Part shown: piece after piece, positions 8,171 to 15,676 of the stretch
Layout: each line of letters begins with the position of its first letter
Numbering within the stretch: position 1 is the first letter of the stretch
Assembly (NCBI GenBank): GCA_963841335.1
Contig: CAWJCF010000001.1
Location: 2,087,912 to 2,151,911, forward strand
DNA length: 64,000 bases
Direction: 5' to 3'
Source of the DNA: an uncultured Acidobacteriaceae bacterium
Lineage (GTDB): Bacteria; Acidobacteriota; Terriglobia; Terriglobales; Acidobacteriaceae
Program-made: the position numbers and the translations under genes
The notes under the pieces: model-generated
Seen by the model: the letters and a program-made list of their open reading frames with translations, nothing else
Database searches by the model: none
Told to the model about the DNA's origin: nothing

Positions 8171-8641
8171 GTCTGCAGACGGCCCGTAAGCCGAATTCTG
8201 TTTTAGACGATCATTCCTCTACGCGACGCATTGCTGCGGCGCTTTAGCAACCTACCCGCAAGTTTCGGCTGCTGTACCCGAGGGCACAGCCGGGCTCTCC
8301 GCCTTGGCGCACCGGGCCGGTACGCTTCTGCCGCCTGGAGAGGCGCGGCAGAATTCCTGCCTATTTGGTCTTGCTCCGTGTGGGGTTTACCGTGCCGTCC
8401 CGCTTACGCGTGACGCGGTGCGCTCTTACCGCACCTTTTCACCCTTACCTCAAGAACTTGCAGATTTGCCGAAGCAAATCAATAACTTGAGGCGGTATAT
8501 TCTCTGTTGCACTGGCCGTCCAGATGGCTTGAACCATCCGTCCCGGACGTTATCCGGCACACTGCCCTGCGGAGTTCGGACTTTCCTCCCCCACCCGAGG
8601 CTATGCGGCCCGGGCGGCAGCGATCATCCGGCCGCCTGCAG
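8171..8641 (-). ncRNA. rnpB: RNase P RNA, bacterial type A
   Basis: The reverse complement contains the universal blocks GGGGAGGAAAGTCCGAAC, GGCCAGTGCAACAGAGA, GGTAAGGGTGAAAAGGTGCGGTAAGAGCGCACC, GGTAAACCCCACACGGAGCAAGACCAAATAGG, GGGTAGGTTGCT and ACAGAATTCGGCTTACGGGCC. A P1 pairing is possible between CTGCAGGCGGCC (5') and GGCCGTCTGCAG (3'). The ends are uncertain by about 10 nt. Confidence 0.9.
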
Positions 8642-8757
8642 GTATAAGTGTATCCCACCAAGGAGAACAAAACCCCGTCTAATTCCGTAGAAGAGAGAAG
8701 GTTGAGCCTCGCTTTCAGGGGCGTCGGCTGGTAGTCTCGGGGAATCCGGTAAAGACG

Positions 8758-9981
8758 ATGGAATTCAAAGAGGCGGTCAAGATCGCGCTGCAGTCGCTAT
8801 GGGCGAATAAATTGCGCTCCGTGCTGACGCTGCTGGGCGTCGTGATCGGCGTGGCCAGCGTGATTGCGGTGGTGACGCTGGTGAATGGCGCGAATACCTA
8901 CGTGACGACGAAGTTCGCCAGCTATGGGGCGGACGTCTTTACGGTGTCGAGGATGCCGCAGATAATTACCAGCCCTGAGGACTATCAGCGTTACCAGAAG
9001 CGGAAGGTCATCCTGTTTCCGGATTTCAAATATGTTGAGGCGAATTGCAAGCACTGCGTCGGGATTGGCGCGCAGCAGGCGGTGACGGGAAAGATTGTGC
9101 GGGGGACGCAGTCGACGACGGATTCGAGCATTCGCGGGTATACGTGGCAGATGCCTTCGCTGCAGAACCTGAACATTGTGCAGGGGCGCGGGTTTACAGA
9201 GGCCGACGAAGAGCACGCGTCGCATGTGGCGATCATTGGGTCTGACATTCAGGATCATCTGTTTGAGGGCGTGGACCCGTTGGGGCAGGAGCTGCGGGTG
9301 GACGGCACTCCTTATACGGTGATCGGCATCAGCGAGAAGCAGGGAAGCACGTTTGGCGCAAGCCAGGACAACTGGGTGGCGGTGCCGCTGCCGGCGTTTC
9401 AGAAGAGCTATGGGACGGCGAAGTCGGTGACGATCTATGTGAAGGCTGGCGCGGCGGGTCCGATTCTGGAGACGGCAGCGGACGAGGTGAGGGTGCTGGT
9501 GCGGTCGCGGCGGCATGATGCTCCGGGGACCGAGGACTCGTTTGAACTGGATACGAACAATACGCTGGTGGGATTCTTCAGCACGGTGACGGCGTCGTTT
9601 GGAGCGGTGGCGGGGACTGTGGCGCTGATCTCGCTGGTGGTGGGTGGGATCGTGATCATGAACATCATGCTGGTGAGCGTGACGGAGCGGACGCGTGAGA
9701 TTGGGATTCGGAAGGCGCTGGGCGCGCGGCCGAAGGATATCCTGATGCAGTTTCTGATCGAGTCGGGGACGATGGCGCTGGTGGGCGGTGTGTTCGGCGT
9801 GGCCGGGGGGATTCTGGTGGCGCAGGTGGTTACGATTCTGGTGGGATTTCCTTCGACGGTTGCGGTTTGGAGCGTGATCGCGGGCCTGATTATGGCCACG
9901 GGCACGGGAATCTTCTTCGGGGTTTATCCGGCGCGGAAGGCGGCGATGCTGGATCCGATTGTGGCGCTGAGAGCGGATTAA
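8758..9981 (+). CDS. ABC transporter permease, MacB-like (N-terminal TM, periplasmic domain, FtsX 3-TM domain)
   Basis: N-terminus ...ALQSLWANKLRSVLTLLGVVIGVASVIAV. C-terminal FtsX signature NIMLVSVTERTREIGIRKALGARPKDIL...YPARKAAMLDPIVALR. Confidence 0.85.
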   Translation: MEFKEAVKIALQSLWANKLRSVLTLLGVVIGVASVIAVVTLVNGANTYVTTKFASYGADVFTVSRMPQIITSPEDYQRYQKRKVILFPDFKYVEANCKHCVGIGAQQAVTGKIVRGTQSTTDSSIRGYTWQMPSLQNLNIVQGRGFTEADEEHASHVAIIGSDIQDHLFEGVDPLGQELRVDGTPYTVIGISEKQGSTFGASQDNWVAVPLPAFQKSYGTAKSVTIYVKAGAAGPILETAADEVRVLVRSRRHDAPGTEDSFELDTNNTLVGFFSTVTASFGAVAGTVALISLVVGGIVIMNIMLVSVTERTREIGIRKALGARPKDILMQFLIESGTMALVGGVFGVAGGILVAQVVTILVGFPSTVAVWSVIAGLIMATGTGIFFGVYPARKAAMLDPIVALRAD

Positions 9982-10009
9982 GGCTTAGGAACAGAGGCCA
10001 GGGAGGCCG

Positions 10010-11260
10010 ATGATGCAGATCGTCAATACGAAAGAGACGGTAACGATGGCGCTGGATACGCTGCGGGCGAATAAGCTGCGGAGCGGGCTGACGATTCTGG
10101 GCATCGTGATCGGCGTGATGACGGTGATTGTGATCTCGTCGGTGATCAATGGGTTGAACTCGAGCGTGGCGGGACTTGTGGAGTCGCTGGGGACGAATGT
10201 GATGTGGGTGTTCCGGTTTCCGGTGATCGGGGTGCGGCCGACGACGGAGATGCTGACTCGGAAGCAGATGACCTACGACGATGCGATGGCGATGAAGGAG
10301 TTGCCGCATGTGCTGGCGGTGACGCCGGGATTGCAATACCGGGACAACAGCGGTGTGGAGGGAACTGTCGCAGTGAAGTATGGCACGAAGAAGATGGAGG
10401 GGACGACTCTCGAAGGGGACACGGCGGCCGTGAAGGACGTCTACGATCTCAATCTGAAGGAGGGCAGATTCTTCAATGACGCCGATGTGGAGCGGGCGGC
10501 GAACGTTGTGGTGCTGGGCGTCGATACGTCGGATACGCTGTTCGGTACAGAGAGCCCGATTGGCAAGGATGTGACCATCGGGGGGATGGTGTTTACGGTT
10601 GTCGGAGTGATGGAGAAGCAGAAGCAGGCGTTTGGCGGAGGGAAGAATCCGAATGACAACAAGGCGTTCTTTCCGGTGACGACGTTTCACAAGATCCATC
10701 CGGAGGTGCTGGATTACTGGATCAGCCTGAAGTATGACGACCAGAAGAACAAGATGCTGGTGCAGGATGAGCTGACGGAGTTGCTGCGGCGGCGGCGAAA
10801 GGTGCCCAATGAGAAACCGGACAACTTCGCGATCTTTGGAACGGACTCGCTGACTCGGCTTTGGAACAACATTACGAGCGGGCTGTTTTTGCTTTTGTTT
10901 GCGCTTTCCAGCGTGGCGTTGCTGGTGGGCGGGGTGGGCGTGATGAACATCATGCTGGTGAGTGTGACGGAGCGAACGCGAGAGATCGGGGTCCGCAAGG
11001 CCATAGGTGCGTCGAAGCAGGTGATCATGGCGCAGTTCACGCTGGAGGCGATTACGTTGTGCGCGGTTGGCGGAGTGATTGGATTGCTCATCGGCAGTGC
11101 GCTTGCGCTGATTGTGGGTATATTCTTCCCGTCGGCGCTGTCGACGCTTTGGGTGGTTGTGGCGTTTATAAGCTCGTGCGCGATTGGATTGATCTTCGGG
11201 ATCTATCCGGCGTGGAAGGCTGCGAATCTGAATCCGATTGAAGCGCTGCGCTATGAGTGA
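10010..11260 (+). CDS. ABC transporter permease, MacB-like (paralogue of the preceding gene)
   Basis: ALDTLRANKLRSGLTILGIVIGVMTVI...NIMLVSVTERTREIGVRKAIGASKQVI...YPAWKAANLNPIEALR. Confidence 0.85.
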   Translation: MMQIVNTKETVTMALDTLRANKLRSGLTILGIVIGVMTVIVISSVINGLNSSVAGLVESLGTNVMWVFRFPVIGVRPTTEMLTRKQMTYDDAMAMKELPHVLAVTPGLQYRDNSGVEGTVAVKYGTKKMEGTTLEGDTAAVKDVYDLNLKEGRFFNDADVERAANVVVLGVDTSDTLFGTESPIGKDVTIGGMVFTVVGVMEKQKQAFGGGKNPNDNKAFFPVTTFHKIHPEVLDYWISLKYDDQKNKMLVQDELTELLRRRRKVPNEKPDNFAIFGTDSLTRLWNNITSGLFLLLFALSSVALLVGGVGVMNIMLVSVTERTREIGVRKAIGASKQVIMAQFTLEAITLCAVGGVIGLLIGSALALIVGIFFPSALSTLWVVVAFISSCAIGLIFGIYPAWKAANLNPIEALRYE

Positions 11261-11282
11261 ACGAGGTTGAGAGTTTGCGTCT

Positions 11283-11308
11283 CATCCTTCGCAAGAGCGC
11301 GAAGGATG
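11283..11308 (+). terminator. perfect 10-bp hairpin downstream of the permease pair (no U-tract)
   Basis: catccttcgc-aagagc-gcgaaggatg, located 23 nt after the stop at 11260. It is followed by G-rich sequence rather than T-rich, so an intrinsic-terminator role is uncertain. Confidence 0.35.
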
Positions 11309-11369
11309 GGGCGGCCGAGCTTTCCGAGCGCGAACGGAATTGGAACGCTTGCGTTGGTAGACTTGAGGT

Positions 11370-12575
11370 ATGGCCACAGCGATTGAGACCATAACTGCGC
11401 TGTTGACCCTTGCTGGATTGGCTTATCTGGTGCTGGCGCTTTGGGGAGCGCGAAGTTTCGGACATTATTGGCGGTCGAAGAAGTTTGAGGGCGAGTTTGC
11501 GCCTGATGTGACGCTGCTGAAGCCGGTGAAGGGGGTGGACCCGCGGATGTTTGCGGGTTTTGAGAGTCATTGCAGGCAGCAATACTCGGGCAAGTTTGAG
11601 ATTGTGTTTGGGGTGAGCAGCCTGGATGATCCTGCGGTGGGGGAGATCGAGCGGCTGCGGGCGGAGTTTCCTGAGTGCGCGATTCGGCTGGTGGAGTGCC
11701 GCGAGCGTCTGGGGACCTCGGGCAAGGTGAGCAACCTGGTGCAGATGCTGCGCGAGGCGAAGTATGAGCACGTGATTATTAATGACAGCGATATTTGTGT
11801 TTCGCCGCGGTACCTGGCGAAGGTGATGAGGAATTTTTCGGATGAGCGCGTGGGGATGGTGACTTGTCCTTATGTGGGGAAGGCGTCTGAACGGCGGCCG
11901 GGGCTGACGTTGTGGGCTCGGCTGGAGGCGCTGGGGATTTCTACGGATTTTCTGCCGGGTGTGCTGGCGGCACGGTGGCTGGAGGGTGGGATTCGGTTTG
12001 GGTTGGGGTCGACGCTGGCGACTACGAAGAGTGCTCTGGCGAAGGCTGGTGGGTTGGAGCCACTGGTGGAGTATCTGGCAGACGATTACGAGATGGGTGC
12101 GCGGATTTGGAAGGCTGGGTACCGTGTGGAGCTTTCGAGTGAGGTGGTGGAGACGACGGTACCGGCTTATGGATTTCACGGGTTTCGCGATCATCAGTTG
12201 CGCTGGGCGCGGTCGACGCGCGATTCGCGGAAGCTGGGGTATGTTGGGTTGGGGATTACGTATGCTCTGCCCTGGGCGGTGATGACCTGTGTGGCGAGCG
12301 GCTTTGCGCTTTGGAGTTTTTCGCTGTTGAGTGTCGTGGCGCTGGCTCGTGTGGCGGTGGCGTTGTCGGTTGGCGTGGGAGTGCTGGGGGATGGGCAGGT
12401 GCTGCGCGATTTGTGGCTGCTGCCGGTGCGGGATTTTTTTGGGTTGTGGTTCTGGGCCTGGAGCTTTGCGGGCGATACCGTGGTCTGGCGGGGGCAGTTG
12501 TTCCGGTTGCGAGATGGGCGGATCGCTCCGGTGGATCGGGCTTCTGGTGTAGGGGTACCCCCCTCCCCTATGTAG
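11370..12575 (+). CDS. GT21/GT2-type glycosyltransferase (ceramide glucosyltransferase / HpnI-like)
   Basis: N-terminal TM, then LLKPVKGVDP...FEIVFGV...DPAV.....L...FP....RLV......G.S.KVSNL.....AKYE..IINDSD and DDYEMG....AGYRV...QLRWARS. C-terminal TM segments follow. Confidence 0.75.
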   Translation: MATAIETITALLTLAGLAYLVLALWGARSFGHYWRSKKFEGEFAPDVTLLKPVKGVDPRMFAGFESHCRQQYSGKFEIVFGVSSLDDPAVGEIERLRAEFPECAIRLVECRERLGTSGKVSNLVQMLREAKYEHVIINDSDICVSPRYLAKVMRNFSDERVGMVTCPYVGKASERRPGLTLWARLEALGISTDFLPGVLAARWLEGGIRFGLGSTLATTKSALAKAGGLEPLVEYLADDYEMGARIWKAGYRVELSSEVVETTVPAYGFHGFRDHQLRWARSTRDSRKLGYVGLGITYALPWAVMTCVASGFALWSFSLLSVVALARVAVALSVGVGVLGDGQVLRDLWLLPVRDFFGLWFWAWSFAGDTVVWRGQLFRLRDGRIAPVDRASGVGVPPSPM

Positions 12576-12674
12576 CGTGTAATTTATTGATTTGCAATGC
12601 TTTATTGATTTTGTTCGCTGCAAAATATTCATAACAAATGGGTTAAGCCTCAAAATATTGTTTCTAAAAGAGTT

Positions 12675-12697
12675 AGCCCCGGCTGGTGGCCGGGGCT
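12675..12697 (+). terminator. GC-rich hairpin in an AT-rich spacer
   Basis: agccccgg-ctggtg-gccggggct followed by gttctcttctct, 100 nt after the GT21 stop. Confidence 0.4.
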
Positions 12698-12924
12698 GTT
12701 CTCTTCTCTGATCTATAAGTTAAGTATATCGGGTTGAGTGTAACTAAAATGCCAGTCGGATATTGTTGTTTATAAATGGTTTAGGTGGTTTCTGGGCTTG
12801 ACAAGCGATTTCTGGGCTGTTTTTGAAGAAAAAAGTTGTAAGTGATTGAAGGGATGTAGCTTTTACTTTCTGATTCTTGCGCGAGCCTGAGTGTCATGGG
12901 CTCCAGAAAGCAAAGCATACCCCA

Positions 12925-13005
12925 GGGGCTGAAGCCCTTTTTTCTCTCCGCTGAGAGGCCAAGCCTAAAGGCTTGGCTTACCTAGAAGCAACGGCAAAAG
13001 AGCGA
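12925..13005 (+). repeat. intergenic hairpin module (type B), copy 1
   Basis: ...ggggctgaagcccttttttctctccgctgagagg-gccaagcc-taaa-ggcttggc-ttacctagaagcaacggcaaaag. It is homologous to 52571-52640. Confidence 0.7.
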
Positions 13006-13056
13006 ATATCGGCTTACTAAAGTTACATTGTTTTCGCTTTTATTTCGCTATAGGGT

Positions 13057-13248
13057 TTGGAGATGCGTGATCTTTCGCCCGTTCAGGTTCTTGCCGTTAT
13101 TGCGCAACGATTAGAGAAGCGTGCTGCGGTTTTAGAGAGCGTTCGATTGCCGGGATTCGATGGCACTATTCACGAGCTGCGAAACTTTGCGGCGATGGTG
13201 AAGAGGGCGCAGGAGTATGTCAGGCAGCAGCAGTTCAAGCGACATTAG
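13057..13248 (+). CDS. hypothetical small protein
   Basis: 63-aa ORF (TTG 13057 or ATG 13063). No family recognised, weak SD, lower-GC patch. Confidence 0.3.
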   Translation: MEMRDLSPVQVLAVIAQRLEKRAAVLESVRLPGFDGTIHELRNFAAMVKRAQEYVRQQQFKRH

Positions 13249-13314
13249 GCACGATCCTGCCATTCCTGAGTGGCCTTTATCCATCTTTTACTGAGAGTTT
13301 GATAATGCTTTGTC

Positions 13315-13638
13315 ATGAAGATTTTCTTTTTTCTCGCCTTAGCTACTGTGCTTGAGACCGGCGGCGACGCTATTATTCGAAACGCTCTGCCGTCACAGTC
13401 TCTGCCGTTTCGTCTCGGACTGTTTCTTCTGGGTGCGCTGGTACTAGCGGCCTACGGAACAAGCTTCAATCTCGCTCCAATTGATTTTGGAACGGCGGCT
13501 GCGGTGTATTCGTCGATGGTTTTCGTTATGTTCCAGATTACGAACTATGTGGTTTACAGAAAGGCTCCCACGCACTCGACCTGGATTGCGGGTTTGTTGA
13601 TTGTGGCGGGTGGATTTATCGCTTATCGCGGAAGATAG
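13315..13638 (+). CDS. small 4-TM membrane protein of the DMT/SMR superfamily (YnfA/UPF0060-like)
   Basis: 107 aa with four hydrophobic helices and a membrane-embedded Glu in helix 1 (TVLETGGDAII). Length and architecture match SMR/YnfA proteins. Confidence 0.55.
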   Translation: MKIFFFLALATVLETGGDAIIRNALPSQSLPFRLGLFLLGALVLAAYGTSFNLAPIDFGTAAAVYSSMVFVMFQITNYVVYRKAPTHSTWIAGLLIVAGGFIAYRGR

Positions 13639-13684
13639 GCAATCTACTTCGTCTCTTTTTGCTGGGTGGATGGGCTTGGTGCAG

Positions 13685-13891
13685 CGCTGCGGAATGACAA
13701 GACCAAAGGAGGCAACGGCAAGAGCAAAGGCAGAAGCCACCGCAGGTTCCTTCGACGGGTTCAGGACAGGCTCTTCGACTGCGGTGAAGGATGACAACTA
13801 AAAGGCAAAGGCAAAGGCAAAGGCAAAGGCAAAAAGCAAAAGCAACTGCAGGTCCTTCGACTGCGCAGTTCGCAAAGTGCGCGAACTGCTT
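13685..13891 (+). repeat. composite intergenic repeat modules, including an (AAAGGC)5 microsatellite (13801-13830) and type A hairpin module copy 1 (13848-13905)
   Basis: ...ggaatgacaag / purine tract / gttccttcgac...ggtgaaggatgacaac / aaaggc x5 / gcaggtccttcgactgcg-[hairpin]-cttcgctcaggatgacac. Confidence 0.75.
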
Positions 13892-14275
13892 CGCTCAGGA
13901 TGACACGTTTTGGGGCTGGATCAGGGGAGAACCGACAAGAGCTACGGCACGGGCCGATCCTACGCTCAGGGTGCACGTTTTGGGGTTTGGATCAGGGGAG
14001 AACCGACAAGAGCTACGGCAAAGGTCGATCCTACGCTCAGGGTGCACGCTTTGGGGTTTGGATCAGGGGAGAACCGACAAGAGCTACGGCACGGGCCGGT
14101 CCTACGCTCAGGGTGACACGTTTTGGTGCTGGATCAGGGGAGAACCGACAAGAGTTACGGCACGGGCCGGTCCTACGCTCAGGATGACACGTTTTGGGGC
14201 TGGATCAGGGGAGGACCGACAAGAGCTACGGCACGGGCCGATCCTACGCTCAGGATGACACGTTCTGGGGTCGAT
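13892..14275 (+). repeat. 71-bp tandem repeat array, 5 full units plus a partial sixth
   Basis: The anchor cgctcagg(a/g)tg(a/c)cacg recurs at 13892, 13963, 14034, 14105, 14176 and 14247, an exact 71-bp period. Units are roughly 90% identical, with no unique spacers. Confidence 0.9.
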
Positions 14276-14340
14276 CCGTAAGGACGGGCATGAGCGACGA
14301 CAAAGACGAAAGATTGAGCTGGTCCCGATTGCGTTCGACG

Positions 14341-14823
14341 TTAGTTCGCGATGGCCAGGGCGCTCTCGCTGTGAACAGAAGTCTGGAGGGCGAGGCATTC
14401 TGAGATTCGCTTGAGGAGGTCGGTGGGGTGGACGGGCTTGGTGAGAGTGGTGAAGTTGTGGCCGGAGTTGCGGGCTTCTTCAAGGAGGTCGACGGTAGAG
14501 GCCTGTCCCGAGAAGAGGAGCACCTTGCATTGCGGGAGCTCGCTGGACAATGAGATGGCGAGATCGATGCCGCTCATTCCGGGCATGACGACGTCGGAGA
14601 TGAGGAGTTGGGGCACGATCCGGAGGGCTAGGGCGAGGGCGCTGGGGCCGTCGTAGGCTGCGTGGGTGTCGAAGCCGCTCTTCGAGAGAATGATGGAGAG
14701 GGTGTCGGCGATGACCTTCTCGTCGTCGACGATGAGAATGACGGGACGGCTCTTGAGGGAGGCAACGTTGTTTTTCGGGACTTCTGAGAGAGGGATCACA
14801 TCGAAGTAAATTTTTGGAGTCAT
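14341..14823 (-). CDS. single-domain (CheY-like) response regulator with a ~25-aa N-terminal extension
   Basis: Receiver signature residues are all present: ILIVDDEK, LLISDVVMPGMSG (phospho-acceptor Asp), VLLFSGQ, LTKPV. ATG 14823 has GAGG 8 nt upstream. There is no output domain and no kinase gene nearby. Confidence 0.85.
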   Translation of the reverse strand: MTPKIYFDVIPLSEVPKNNVASLKSRPVILIVDDEKVIADTLSIILSKSGFDTHAAYDGPSALALALRIVPQLLISDVVMPGMSGIDLAISLSSELPQCKVLLFSGQASTVDLLEEARNSGHNFTTLTKPVHPTDLLKRISECLALQTSVHSESALAIAN

Positions 14824-14949
14824 GGGGGCAACCTCTAGTTTCACAGTAGCCCTCTTTAAAAGATACGGGTTAACTCTTTTATATCTGTCAGTTATGGACA
14901 GGCTTAGTTGCTGTTGCAGAAAGGCTTAGTTATTTTTGCGTATAAGCTC

Positions 14950-14978
14950 TTGACAAATTACGGTTACATCGGATTATT
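14950..14978 (+). promoter_or_regulatory. sigma70-like promoter candidate for 15030..15311
   Basis: TTGACA (14950-14955), a 17-nt spacer, then ATTATT (14973-14978), all in an AT-rich divergent intergenic region. Confidence 0.35.
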
Positions 14979-15029
14979 ATTACGTTAGTGTCACGTTAGC
15001 GTTAGATCAGATTAGAGGGGAGGTTCGAC

Positions 15030-15311
15030 GTGGGCGATAGCGAAATAGATATGCCTATGAAGTTTGAATCCGTTCTTCAGACTAATGTTCCCAGGGGACG
15101 GGATGGAAAACACAAGCAGATCATTACTCAGCTACTGAGCGATATCGCACAACTTAGCGCTGGGCAGGCGCTGAAGATTCCGCTGGATAAACTTCCGGAT
15201 ACAAAACAGAATGTTCGGTCGGCGTTGAGTCGAGCGGCTACCCAGCAGGGCCTCAGCCTGGCGACTTCGAGTAATGATGAGTTTCTGTACGTTTGGAAGA
15301 CGGACAAGTAG
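15030..15311 (+). CDS. hypothetical protein
   Basis: 93-aa ORF. GTG 15030 is preceded by GGGGAGG 6 nt upstream. No family recognised. Confidence 0.5.
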   Translation: MGDSEIDMPMKFESVLQTNVPRGRDGKHKQIITQLLSDIAQLSAGQALKIPLDKLPDTKQNVRSALSRAATQQGLSLATSSNDEFLYVWKTDK

Positions 15312-15417
15312 CGGGCTCGTGGTGGCGGCTTGGGCAGCAAGACATGTCAGGTTTTGACCGAATCAACTGAATTGCCACTCAGTTTGTACTGCCATATGAG
15401 AATTGAGAGGTCGTGCG

Positions 15418-15648
15418 ATGCTCGAAGAACATCCCAATTTTCCTCATCGTAAAAACAATGACTCTTCGTTCGACTCTATTTGTCCAAGATGCTTTCGGAC
15501 GATCTCCACGCGGAGGACTGAGGAGGACCTAGCGCAAGATGAGCGCAGTCATCTATGCGCTGGCGATAGCTTAGGTCAGAGAGTTCAAGCTCAGGGTGTT
15601 CCTTCGAGTGAATTCTCCTCTTTAACGGCATACGACAAGACGGCTTGA
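15418..15648 (+). CDS. hypothetical small protein with a CxxC...HxC motif
   Basis: ATG 15418 (MLEEHPNF...). Contains CPRC and HLC; no clear SD, low coding confidence. Confidence 0.25.
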   Translation: MLEEHPNFPHRKNNDSSFDSICPRCFRTISTRRTEEDLAQDERSHLCAGDSLGQRVQAQGVPSSEFSSLTAYDKTA

Positions 15649-15676
15649 GTCAAAAGGATCGAACGGCGGCCATCTC

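Noticed and set aside
11166-12653. 495-aa minus-strand ORF antisense to the GT21 gene
   Set aside because: It is a P/R/H/Q-rich shadow ORF. The plus-strand frame has clear glycosyltransferase motifs.
13892-14275. Possible CRISPR array (regular 71-bp period)
   Set aside because: The whole 71-bp unit is conserved from copy to copy. There are no unique spacers between shorter repeats, and there are no cas genes in the window.
13791-14398. ORFs 13791..14258, 13900..14187, 13910..14116 and 14108..14398 covering the 71-bp array
   Set aside because: Several forward frames and a reverse frame are open simultaneously only because the repeat unit lacks stop codons. The peptide is a repeating nonsense unit, and there is no SD or start context.
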